Shown: piece by piece, positions 55,450 through 64,000 of the stretch
How the letters are laid out: each line of letters opens with the position of its first letter
How positions within the stretch are numbered: the first letter of the stretch is position 1
Assembly (NCBI GenBank): GCA_965197645.1
Contig: OZ240219.1
Location: forward strand, 1,056,001-1,120,000
Source of the DNA: Dehalococcoidia bacterium
GTDB taxonomy: Bacteria; Chloroflexota; Dehalococcoidia; Plut-88900
Direction: 5' to 3'
Length of the DNA: 64,000 bases
The notes under the pieces: model-generated
What the model was told of the DNA's origin: nothing
Databases searched by the model: none
Seen by the model: the letters and a program-made list of their open reading frames with translations, nothing else
Made by a program: the position numbers and the translations under genes

Positions 55450-55589
55450 CCCCGCCCCCTTCCTGGCCAGGAAGGGGGGCAAAAGATAGTTTCTGAGGGA
55501 CACCCCTTCGGCGGGCTCAGGGCAGGCTCTCAGACTCCCGGCCCCTAGCAGGCAGTCCTGGATAAAGAGCTTCGCCCCTCTGCACACCC
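55450..55589. repeat. Repeat family A, copy 3 (5' hairpin and about 21-nt internal insertion)
   Basis: CCCCCTTCCTGGCCAGGAAGGGGG hairpin, identical 32-nt core at 55496-55527, tail CTTCGCCCCTCTGCACA. Confidence 0.88.
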
Positions 55590-55642
55590 TGAGTCCTATC
55601 GATCTGCTAACCGCCCTTTCAGAGGAAGAGAGCCGGTGGCTC

Positions 55643-55765
55643 CAATCCGGGGCGGGTGGGAGGGAAGAATCACCTAGGGTGGTGAAGTAAACGACCCCTG
55701 CCGGTCAACGGCCAGAACTGGTTAGATTGCCACGCCCCGACTTGGTCGGGTCTCGCAATGACGAG
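55643..55765 (-). repeat. Repeat family B, copy 2 (inverted relative to copy 1)
   Basis: GATTGCCACGCCCCGAC..GTCG..CTCGCAATGACGAG (55725-55765) and CAATCCGG..GGTGGGAGGGAAGAATCACCT (55643-55675). Confidence 0.8.
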
Positions 55766-55816
55766 GCCGTCGTTGGGTGGGGGTTGGGGCCAAGACAGTT
55801 GGGTTTTAGGCCAGCG

Positions 55817-57052
55817 CTAGCTGGAGCAGACCTCCACCGCCGTTGCTGCCATCACCCTCGCCACCTTGACCATATCGGGTATGAGGATGGCCTGCTCGGT
55901 GCCGAATCCCCGAGGGCCGTGAGCCCTGGGACCGAACAGCACGGTGGGGACTCCCGCCTCCCAGAGCAGGGCATCGTCGTTGCTCCAGATGCTGGGCCCT
56001 TCGGCCCATCCTACGGCGGCCGGCTCCTCGCCGGTCACGTTCCGGTAGTGCTTTGCAGTGATCTGTGCGATGGGCGTGTCGTCCGGGCCGTTGGATACCG
56101 GAAAGTCGACGGTGAAGGGCTTGTAACGGGGCGCCGGCGGGTGCTCCAGCTCGTACTTGATATCGGGATCGCCTATGGCGTCTATGGTCCTTCGGATGTC
56201 GTCCATGACCATCTCGGGGGTCTGGCCGAGGGTAGTCCGCACGTCCAGGATGGCGGTGCAGAAATCGATGTTCTGGTAAGGAGCCGATAGGTCCTGCTGG
56301 TCGCCCCGGCCGCCGGTAACGGCCCCGATCCTCAGGAAGGGCAGGCTGGGGGCGCCGTCCCAGGGAGTGAAGGTGAACTGGATTTCGTCCAGGGCATCGG
56401 CTATCTTCCGCATCTTCTTGAAGGCGTCCAGGTCGTAGCCGTAGCCGGGGCTGTCGTAGTTCACGAAGGTGTGGATGGCTATCGTAATCATCCCGCCGTG
56501 CCGGGTGATGATGCTGTCGGCGCCGTAGGGCTCGGGGTCAATGGCCATGTCGGCTCGGATGCCCTTGTCCAGCAGGTGTTTCGTCCCGATGCCGCCCTGG
56601 AGCTCGCCCATGACGGGACATATCACGACGTCGCCGGCCAGGTCCAGCCCCATCTGCCTGATCGTGTCGGCGGCCACCATCATAGCCGCCGTGCCGCCCT
56701 TCATGTTGGCCAAACCGAACCCGTAGAGAACGTCGCCCTCTACGCGGGGCGTATAGGGGTCTTCGACGGAACCGTAGGCCAGAGGCTCATTGTCGACGTG
56801 TCCGTTGAGCATCAGGCTCTTGCCTTCCCCGGAGCCTTGCAGCCAGGCTATGGCCTGGTACCTGCCGGGAGCGGCTTCCTGCATCTCAACCTCGTAATCC
56901 CTGGCCTTGAACCAGCCTTCGACGAACCTGCTTATGGGGGTCTCCTCGCCGATGTGGCTTGGTATCCTGACCAGGGCGGATGCCAGTTTCACTACCTCGT
57001 CTTCGCTCACGGAGGCTGCCGCTTGTGCCGCCAACTCGTAGATATTGGCCAT
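55817..57052 (-). CDS. M20/ArgE-DapE family metallohydrolase with atypical metal ligands
   Basis: LVRIPS, LMLNGHVD, GFGLANMKGG, VMGELQGG, EP, LDVR, VLFGP. Confidence 0.85.
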   Translation of the reverse strand: MANIYELAAQAAASVSEDEVVKLASALVRIPSHIGEETPISRFVEGWFKARDYEVEMQEAAPGRYQAIAWLQGSGEGKSLMLNGHVDNEPLAYGSVEDPYTPRVEGDVLYGFGLANMKGGTAAMMVAADTIRQMGLDLAGDVVICPVMGELQGGIGTKHLLDKGIRADMAIDPEPYGADSIITRHGGMITIAIHTFVNYDSPGYGYDLDAFKKMRKIADALDEIQFTFTPWDGAPSLPFLRIGAVTGGRGDQQDLSAPYQNIDFCTAILDVRTTLGQTPEMVMDDIRRTIDAIGDPDIKYELEHPPAPRYKPFTVDFPVSNGPDDTPIAQITAKHYRNVTGEEPAAVGWAEGPSIWSNDDALLWEAGVPTVLFGPRAHGPRGFGTEQAILIPDMVKVARVMAATAVEVCSS

Positions 57053-57202
57053 CTTTGCTCCTCCAGCTAGAGAATTACGGGGGTCAGTCTACCCAGTTTG
57101 CCGCCGCTTCACAACAGGTCTGGAGTGGGAAGAGTGCAGAGCATATAATCTCGGTGGCGGCTCTGTTGTCGGATTCCGCTGAGCAACGGAGCCGTAATTC
57201 AC

Positions 57203-58687
57203 ATGGCTACATACGATGTCATAGTGGTGGGCGCCGGCAACGCCGCCCTTTGTGCTGCCCTGTCCGCGGTGGAAAACGGGGCACGGGTTCTCGTGTTGGA
57301 GAAGGCGCCGGAGGCCCTGCGAGGAGGCAACTCCTATTTCACCGGCGGCGGTTTCCGCTTCGCCTTCGACGGTTTGCCGGATATCCGCTCGTTGATACCG
57401 GAGATGACCGACGAAGAGGCTGCCCAGATCGAGGTGGGAAGCTATCCCCAGAGCCGGTTCTACGATGACATAATGCGGGTCACCGAGGGCCTATCGGACC
57501 TGGACATGCTTCAGATACTGGTCAGCCGGTCATACCCAACGGTGCGGTGGATGTCGGACCAGGGCCTCAGCTGGGTGTTGATGTACGGACGGCAGAGCTT
57601 CAGAGCCCAGGGGAAGCACAGGTTCTTTGGAGGCTTGATTGGCGAAGCGGTGGGTGGCGGCAAGGGGTTGGTGGACTCCCTGTTCCAGGTTGCGGAGCGA
57701 AGCGGCGTCGAAGTGCTGTACGAGGCGAAGGCAGTTGGGCTTGTAACCGACCGATCGGGCAGTGTGACCGGCGTTTCCGTTCGTACACCCGACGGCGCCA
57801 ATGAGATCGAAGCGGGCGCGGTGGTGCTGGCCTGTGGTGGGTTCGAAGCCAATCCCGAGATGAGGACCCGGTATCTCGGCGCTGGTTGGGAGCTGGCCAA
57901 GGTACGGGGCACCCGTTACAACACCGGCGACGGCATCCGGATGGCCCTGGAGATAGGCGGGCAGTCCTATGGGCACTGGAGCGGGTGTCACTCCGTAGCC
58001 TGGGATCTGAACGCTCCGCCCTTCGGGGATAGGAACGTCGCCGACTTGTTCCAGAAGCATTCCTACCCGTTGGGTATCGTGGTGAATGTCCTGGGGCAGC
58101 GGTTCCTGGACGAGGGGGCCGACTTCCGGAACTACACCTACGCCAAGTATGGGCGAGAGATATTGAAGCAGCCGCAGCGGGCCGCCTTTCAGATATTCGA
58201 TGCAAAGGTGCAGGACATGCTGCGGGACGAATACCGTATATCCCGGGTGACCAAGGCCTCTTCGAGCACTGTAGAGGGGTTAGCCGACGGTCTGGGGATA
58301 GACAGGGATGGTCTGGAGCGCACCGTGGAAGCGTACAACGCCGCGGTGCAGGACGGCCCGTTCAACCCTTCGGCGCTGGATGGGAATGGGACCCATGGAA
58401 TCTCTCCGCCCAAGTCCAACTGGGCCCAGAGGCTGGACACGCCGCCTTACACGGGCTACGCGGTGACGTGCGGCATAACATTCACCTTCGGCGGGCTCAG
58501 GATCAACACCGATGCCCAGGTGCTGGACACGGAGGACAGACCGATTCCGGGACTGTACGCGGCGGGAGAACTGGTGGGAGGCCTGTTCTACCACAACTAT
58601 GCTGGAGGGTCGGGGTTGATGGCCGGGTCGGTTTTCGGACGGATAGCGGGGGCCAGCGCGGCCGGAGAGGCTAGCGGCGGAAGATGA
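57203..58687 (+). CDS. tcuA: FAD-dependent tricarballylate dehydrogenase TcuA family
   Basis: VVGAGNAALCAA, RGGNSYF, GGFEAN, VRGTRYNTGDG, DEGADFRNYTYAKYG, GITFTFGG, AAGELVGG. Confidence 0.85.
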   Translation: MATYDVIVVGAGNAALCAALSAVENGARVLVLEKAPEALRGGNSYFTGGGFRFAFDGLPDIRSLIPEMTDEEAAQIEVGSYPQSRFYDDIMRVTEGLSDLDMLQILVSRSYPTVRWMSDQGLSWVLMYGRQSFRAQGKHRFFGGLIGEAVGGGKGLVDSLFQVAERSGVEVLYEAKAVGLVTDRSGSVTGVSVRTPDGANEIEAGAVVLACGGFEANPEMRTRYLGAGWELAKVRGTRYNTGDGIRMALEIGGQSYGHWSGCHSVAWDLNAPPFGDRNVADLFQKHSYPLGIVVNVLGQRFLDEGADFRNYTYAKYGREILKQPQRAAFQIFDAKVQDMLRDEYRISRVTKASSSTVEGLADGLGIDRDGLERTVEAYNAAVQDGPFNPSALDGNGTHGISPPKSNWAQRLDTPPYTGYAVTCGITFTFGGLRINTDAQVLDTEDRPIPGLYAAGELVGGLFYHNYAGGSGLMAGSVFGRIAGASAAGEASGGR

Positions 58688-58770
58688 AGTCGATGAGCTT
58701 CTTGAGCGGGTTGCCTGAGCCCTGAACCCTCTGGAGCCGCCTCCTGTTACAGTCCGAGCACGTACAAGCG

Positions 58771-58796
58771 GGCGGGTGCCGGCCCGCCTTTTCTTG
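58771..58796 (+). terminator. Intrinsic terminator after tcuA
   Basis: GGCGGG..CCCGCC followed by TTTTCTT. Confidence 0.6.
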
Positions 58797-58835
58797 GTCT
58801 CTGAACTCTCTTTCGTTCAACCCACACCCCCACCG

Positions 58836-60326
58836 CTAGAACCAGCGAGTTATGACCACTTTCTTTTCGGTGAAGAACTCTATGGCGTCCCGGCCCTGGC
58901 CGTGCAGCGACCCGAAGAAAGACTCTTTCATGCCGCTGAATGGGAAGAAGGCCATGGGGGCGGCTACACCCACGTTTATTCCAACGTTGCCCGCCGTGAC
59001 CTTGTGCTTGAACTCTCGTGCGGCGGCGCCACTGTCGGTAAAGATGCTGGCCGCATTGCCGTACCTATTGGCCTCGATGATATCAATGGCCTCGCTCAGG
59101 TCTTTTACCTTTATCACCGCTGCCACGGGGCCGAAGATTTCCTCGTTGGCTATCACCATGTCGGGTGTCACGTCGTCGAAGACGCAGGGGCCGATGAAGT
59201 TGCCGTTGGGGTACCCCTCGACGGAGACGTCTCTGCCGTCCAGGATGAGGTTGGCGCCCTCCTTGATGCCCTGATCGATGTAGCCCAGCACCTTCTCCTT
59301 GTGCTTGGTGGATATGACGGGTCCCATTTCGACGCTTTCGTCCATGCCGGTGCCCACGGCGATTTTGTCCGCGGCTTTGAGGAGCTTCTCCTTGATGGGG
59401 TCGTAGACGTCGCCCACGGCCAGGAGCACTGAGCCGGCGAGACACCTCTCTCCGGCGCCTCCGTAGAAGGAACCGATCAGGTTGTCCATCGTCTTGTCGA
59501 GATTGGCGTCGGGCATGGCGACCATGAAGTTCTTCGCCCCGCCCTGGCACTGGGCCCGCTTGCCGTTCTCGGTGGCCTTCTGGTACACGTACTTGGCAAC
59601 GCCGCTGGAACCGACGAAGGAGACGCCCTTCACCTCGGGCGCGTCCAACAGGGCGTTCACCACGTCCTTTGCGCCGTTGACGAGGTTGATGACACCCTTG
59701 GGGATGCCTGTCTGCTCAAGCAGCTGGATGGTGAGATTCAGGGTCAAAGGCACCTGTTCCGAGGGTTTTAGAATGAAGGTGTTGCCGCAGGCGATGGCGT
59801 AGGGCAGGAACCACTGGGCCACCATGGCGGGGAAGTTAAAGGGCACGATGCCGGCAAAGACCCCCAGCGGCTGCCGGAGGCAATCTTCGTCGATGCTGCC
59901 TGCGATGCCCTCCAGGTTGTAGCCCATCATCAACGAGGGGATGCCGGTGGCCACCTCGATGTTCTGTATGGCTCTTGTTACCTCGCCCCGGGCCTCCGCT
60001 ATGCACTTGCCGTTCTCCTGGGTGACGATTCGAGCCAGGTCCTCCCGGTTCTCCTCCATCAGGTTCTTGAAAGCGAACAGGTACTGGATGCGATTGGGAG
60101 GCGGCACCTCTCGCCACTCTTGGAAGGCGCTCTGGGCCGCTTCCACGGCCTGTTGTACTTCCTGCTTGGTGGATAGGGGGCACTCTGCGATCGTAGTCCC
60201 GGTCGCCGGGTCTATGACATCGAGGACATCCGCGGAGGTGGAATCGACCCACTCGCCGTTGACGAAGTTCTTCACCCTGCCGTAGTACTCCTTGACCGGA
60301 GATAGAAGGGTCTGCTCTTGAACCAT
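58836..60326 (-). CDS. mmsA: CoA-acylating methylmalonate-semialdehyde dehydrogenase
   Basis: PFNFPAM, KPSEQVP, SFVGSS, GGAKN, AGERCLA, EEIFGPV, GINVGVAAPMAFFPFSG; GGAGGAG RBS. Confidence 0.93.
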   Translation of the reverse strand: MVQEQTLLSPVKEYYGRVKNFVNGEWVDSTSADVLDVIDPATGTTIAECPLSTKQEVQQAVEAAQSAFQEWREVPPPNRIQYLFAFKNLMEENREDLARIVTQENGKCIAEARGEVTRAIQNIEVATGIPSLMMGYNLEGIAGSIDEDCLRQPLGVFAGIVPFNFPAMVAQWFLPYAIACGNTFILKPSEQVPLTLNLTIQLLEQTGIPKGVINLVNGAKDVVNALLDAPEVKGVSFVGSSGVAKYVYQKATENGKRAQCQGGAKNFMVAMPDANLDKTMDNLIGSFYGGAGERCLAGSVLLAVGDVYDPIKEKLLKAADKIAVGTGMDESVEMGPVISTKHKEKVLGYIDQGIKEGANLILDGRDVSVEGYPNGNFIGPCVFDDVTPDMVIANEEIFGPVAAVIKVKDLSEAIDIIEANRYGNAASIFTDSGAAAREFKHKVTAGNVGINVGVAAPMAFFPFSGMKESFFGSLHGQGRDAIEFFTEKKVVITRWF

Positions 60327-60420
60327 GAGGTCTCCTCCCAGGCAATATCGATAGGAACTGATTTCGGGGGCCCCACCGGTGGGGACGCAGTGCAAATGTT
60401 AACCGTCGCCCCGCTAGGGG

Positions 60421-61104
60421 TCAAGGCAGCGGCACTTCACCACCGGGACGATAGGCGCTCCAGCCGTCCGCCCGGTATAGAGTAACCCCGCCGGTCCCTG
60501 TAACTCTCCAACGGGACTGGGTTCTCACGCACGCAGTGGCGACATCGATGCCAAGCACACGGAGACCGGTCGATAGGCAATCGTGCAGCTCTTTGTGGAC
60601 TCGTTCAGGATCAGCGGTCTCGTGGTGAGGCAGAACGGCAAGATCGTCCAGCAGGCCCAGGCCGGTTGTCCAGCTTCCACCCGGTACGCGCATGCGGGAG
60701 CCCAGCACCATGGCCCCCGCGCTGGAGCCGGCCAGCGCGCAGCCCCTGGCAAGGGCTTCCTGTACCCCAGACCACAGCAGCGAGCCGCGCAGGACGGACA
60801 ACAAGTGGGACGGCGAGCCACCGGTGAAATATATGACCGAGGCGTCGGATAGAGGTTGGAGCAGGGTGTGATCGTTGGCGTGGCCGGAATCGAGCACCAT
60901 CAGGGCCGATGCCTCGGCGCCTAGGCCACTGAAGTAGTCGACGCCGTGCCTGGCTGCAAGGTCGGGACGTTCCGTAGCTGCGGCCGTGGGCAGCACCAGA
61001 ACCCTGGCGGGCTCCACTGAAGATTCCTCGAGGAGGACTCTGTCCATCTCCTCGCAGCCGGGGCGAAACTCGTCGCCCCCGACCAGGGCAACCGTGCCTG
61101 GCAT
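60421..61104 (-). CDS. Peptidase S51 / cyanophycinase-like protein
   Basis: LVGGDEF, LPTA, YFTGGSP, nucleophile elbow AGSSAGA, VLPH, GID. Confidence 0.85.
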   Translation of the reverse strand: MPGTVALVGGDEFRPGCEEMDRVLLEESSVEPARVLVLPTAAATERPDLAARHGVDYFSGLGAEASALMVLDSGHANDHTLLQPLSDASVIYFTGGSPSHLLSVLRGSLLWSGVQEALARGCALAGSSAGAMVLGSRMRVPGGSWTTGLGLLDDLAVLPHHETADPERVHKELHDCLSTGLRVLGIDVATACVRTQSRWRVTGTGGVTLYRADGWSAYRPGGEVPLP

Positions 61105-62568
61105 CTACGGCGCCATAGCCCCCGCCGGGACGTTTGCCCCGAACAGCAGCGGCGTCGTCTCCTGGATCAGGTCGACTATCGGGCCCGGGTACACCCCGAC
61201 GAATATGACCACGCCTACCAGCGCGGTAAGCAGGGCGGTGGTCAACGGCGGCACCTTGAGGGGAGTGTTGTCTTCGGCGGGGCGCATGTACATCTGCCGG
61301 ACGACCATCAGGTAGTAGTAGAGGGACAGCAGGCTGTTCACGATGGCTATCGCCACCAGCCAAATCAGGCCCTCCCGGGCGGCGGCGGCGAAGAGATAGA
61401 ACTTGATGGTAAATCCGGCGAAGAAGGGAAGCCCGGCCAGGGAAAACAGGGATATGGTCAGGGCCAGGGCCACCAGGGGAGCACGACCGGCCAGGCCGGC
61501 GAAGTCCGCTATCTTTTCCTTCCCGGTGAGGTTGAAGTAGAGGATGATGCACACGAAGGCGGCGAAGGTGGTGGCAGAGTATCCGACGATGTAGAGGACC
61601 ATCGCGTTGGACGCAGTCTCGGATAGCGCGGCGATGCCCAGCAACAGGAACCCGGCCTGACCGATTCCCGAGTAGGCCATCAGCCGCTTGATGTTGCTCT
61701 GGGCGATGGCCACCAGGTTGCCCACGGTCATGGTGAGGGCGGCCAGGGCTGCGATTATGGCCTGCCAGTCATCGATGGCGGGGCCGAATGCGGTGGCGAA
61801 CAGCCGGAGCATGAGAACGAAGCTGGCCCCCTTCGAGGCCACGGAGAGGTAGGCGGTTACCGGGACGGGGGCGCCTTCGTAGACGTCGGGGGCCCACATG
61901 TGGAAGGGAACGGCCACGATCTTGAACCCGAACCCCACCACCAGCAGAACGAGGCCGGCGAGGAACGCGGGTCGGAGGTCGGCGCCGGCGTTCAGGGCTT
62001 CGGCGATTCCCGAAAAGGTGGTGGTGCCCACCGAGCCGTATATCAGGCTGATGCCGTACAGAAGCAACCCCGACGAAAACGCGCCGATCAGGATGTACTT
62101 GATACCGGCCTCGTTGGACCTGGCGTCCCACTTCAAGTAGGCCGTCATCACGTACAGGCTGAAGCTGAGGAGCTCCAGGGCGATGTAAGCGGTCAACAGC
62201 TCGCCGGCCGAGGTCATTAGCATCATCGCCAGGACGGACAGGATGACGATGCCGTAGAACTCGCCGGGATGGGCCAGACGACTGGTCACGAAATCCTTTG
62301 AAGCCAGCAGCATGACGATTCCCACTATGGGGAAGAAGACCTTGAAGAAGATGGCGTACTGGTCTACCTGGAGAACTCCGTTATAGAGCGTCCCTTCGTT
62401 GCCCGGGAGGGTGAAAGCGGACCCCAGAACGGCTATCAGTCCCGCCACGCCGAGGTAGGCCAGGTAGTCCTTCTTCCCGTCGGGAAGCACCAGGTCCACC
62501 GCCAGGACCAAGAACGCAACACCGGCGATGAGGAACTCGGGGACTAGCAGCGCCCAATCTATGTTCAT
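61105..62568 (-). CDS. nuoN: NADH-quinone oxidoreductase subunit N
   Basis: SNEAGIKY, FKIVAVPFHMWAPDVYEGAP, IKRLMAYS, SLAGLP, YYYL. Confidence 0.96.
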   Translation of the reverse strand: MNIDWALLVPEFLIAGVAFLVLAVDLVLPDGKKDYLAYLGVAGLIAVLGSAFTLPGNEGTLYNGVLQVDQYAIFFKVFFPIVGIVMLLASKDFVTSRLAHPGEFYGIVILSVLAMMLMTSAGELLTAYIALELLSFSLYVMTAYLKWDARSNEAGIKYILIGAFSSGLLLYGISLIYGSVGTTTFSGIAEALNAGADLRPAFLAGLVLLVVGFGFKIVAVPFHMWAPDVYEGAPVPVTAYLSVASKGASFVLMLRLFATAFGPAIDDWQAIIAALAALTMTVGNLVAIAQSNIKRLMAYSGIGQAGFLLLGIAALSETASNAMVLYIVGYSATTFAAFVCIILYFNLTGKEKIADFAGLAGRAPLVALALTISLFSLAGLPFFAGFTIKFYLFAAAAREGLIWLVAIAIVNSLLSLYYYLMVVRQMYMRPAEDNTPLKVPPLTTALLTALVGVVIFVGVYPGPIVDLIQETTPLLFGANVPAGAMAP

Positions 62569-64000
62569 GACACTAAAGCTATCCTATCGAGCAGCGGTGT
62601 GACGCTGCCATCGATCATGCGCGTAAACGGCTGGGGATACACTCCTCCGAAGATGAGCACCGCGGCCAGAGCGCCTGTCGCCAGCTTCTCCATTCCAGAG
62701 CAGTCGGTCAGGTCCTTCCATCGCTCATCTAGGGGCCCGAAGAACACCTTGGACAGCAGTCGCAGGATGTAGACCGCCGTGGCCAGGGCGCCGATGATAC
62801 CCAGCACCCCGATGACCGGATAGGTCTTGAATGCACCCACGAATACCAAAAACTCGGCGATGAAGCCGCTCAGGCCGGGCAGGCCCAGTGAAGCCAAACC
62901 GGCTACGGCGAAGAACGCTGCCGTTACGCCCATCCGCTTCGACAAACCCTGGAAGACCGAGATGTCCCTGGTATGTGCCCGGTCGTAGACCACGCCTACC
63001 AGGGCGAAGAAGAGGGCGGTCATGATGCCGTGGGAGAACATCTGGTAGACGGCGCCGGTCAGGCCGCGCTCGTCCAGGGTGCCGATGCCCATGAGCACGT
63101 AGCCCATGTGACTCACGCTGGAGTATCCGATGACGAACTTCAGGTCTCTCTGGGCCATGGCGGAGAAGGCGCCGTAGAGCACGTTCACGGTGGCGAAGCT
63201 GATCAGTATCAGCTTCCAGTCGTCGGCGCCCTCGGGAAGCAGGTCCAGCCCTACCCTCATGATGCCGTAGGCGCCCAGCTTCATCAGCACGCCGGCGTGG
63301 AGCATGCTGACCGATGTCGGGGCGGCCACGTGCCCGTCGGGGGACCAGGTATGGAAAGGCCAGAGGCCGGCCAACACGCCGAACCCGATGGTCAAGATGG
63401 GGAATATGGCCTGCTGGAAACCGGTATCGAACCCGGCCTCCTGCAGGTCCAGGATGTTGAAGGTGTTCAATCCCGACTCGACGTATATGGCAATCAGCGC
63501 TATCCACACCAGGACGCTGCTGGCCACCAGGTAGAGCACCAGCTTCAACGCCCCGTACTCTTTTCGGGTGCTGCCCCAGACGCCTATGAGGAGGTACATC
63601 GGGACCACAGCCAGCTCGTAGAAGAAGAAGAGGAAGAAGAGGTCCAGGGAGAGGAATACGCCGTATACGCCGGTCACGAGGGTCATGAAGAGGATGAAGA
63701 AGTCCTTGGTCCGGGGAGCAGTGTTCCAAGCCATGAACACGCCGGTAATCATCACGATGCCGGTGAGCAGCACCATCGGCGCCGAGATGCCGTCGACACC
63801 CAGGTGGAAGGTGATGCCCAGGTCGGGGAGCCACTCGTAGCGTTCCGTCTGGAACTGGAACCCCTCGCCGCCAACCTCGTAGGCGACGAAGACGTAGATG
63901 GAGAGGGCGAGAGTGACCGTGGCAATGGCGGCGGCGGCCAGCTTTATCAGCTCCCGCCGGCTCTCGGGCAGCAGGAGCGTTATCACCACGCCGAGGGCGG
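62565..64000 (-). CDS. nuoM: NADH-quinone oxidoreductase subunit M (5' end outside window)
   Basis: LGVDGIS, FFYE, PFHTWSPDGHVAAPT, LMKLGAYG, YSSVSHMG, SHG, LGLPGLSGFIAEF; frame open to window edge. Confidence 0.96.
   Translation of the reverse strand, partial: ALGVVITLLLPESRRELIKLAAAAIATVTLALSIYVFVAYEVGGEGFQFQTERYEWLPDLGITFHLGVDGISAPMVLLTGIVMITGVFMAWNTAPRTKDFFILFMTLVTGVYGVFLSLDLFFLFFFYELAVVPMYLLIGVWGSTRKEYGALKLVLYLVASSVLVWIALIAIYVESGLNTFNILDLQEAGFDTGFQQAIFPILTIGFGVLAGLWPFHTWSPDGHVAAPTSVSMLHAGVLMKLGAYGIMRVGLDLLPEGADDWKLILISFATVNVLYGAFSAMAQRDLKFVIGYSSVSHMGYVLMGIGTLDERGLTGAVYQMFSHGIMTALFFALVGVVYDRAHTRDISVFQGLSKRMGVTAAFFAVAGLASLGLPGLSGFIAEFLVFVGAFKTYPVIGVLGIIGALATAVYILRLLSKVFFGPLDERWKDLTDCSGMEKLATGALAAVLIFGGVYPQPFTRMIDGSVTPLLDRIALVS

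Overview
GC-rich bacterial chromosomal window with about 58 CDS/pseudogenes. The paralog-rich catabolic content (enoyl-CoA hydratases, CaiB CoA-transferases, an LLM oxidoreductase, acyl-CoA dehydrogenases, amidases, Pro/Thr-stalked lipoproteins) suggests Chloroflexota of the Dehalococcoidia/SAR202 type; this taxonomy is inferred, not proven. Main recognisable modules: a compact ppdK operon; guaB3; xdhC-mocA; a cobalamin riboswitch controlling btuFCD; a split ADP-forming acyl-CoA synthetase with a CoA-transferase; a complete N-methylglutamate (methylamine) pathway cluster (mgsABC, gmaS, sarcosine-oxidase-like mgd subunits, amidase); tcuA; mmsA; and the nuoM-nuoN end of a complex I operon. The best candidate for an undescribed system is an accessory islet at about 21.1-23.4 kb. 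There a DUF3800 gene is followed by a 19-bp GC hairpin without a U-tract and an inward-facing sigma70-like promoter, suggesting a protein plus small-RNA (toxin-antitoxin/defence-like) module, beside an OGG-fold glycosylase-like gene. Also notable: two families of modular REP/MITE-like intergenic repeats, a frameshifted CAP-domain gene between two repeat copies, and a degenerate MORC-like GHKL protein sharing an upstream motif with its convergent neighbour. No rRNA, intact tRNA or CRISPR array was seen. All family calls come from motif recognition by eye; no database searches were run.
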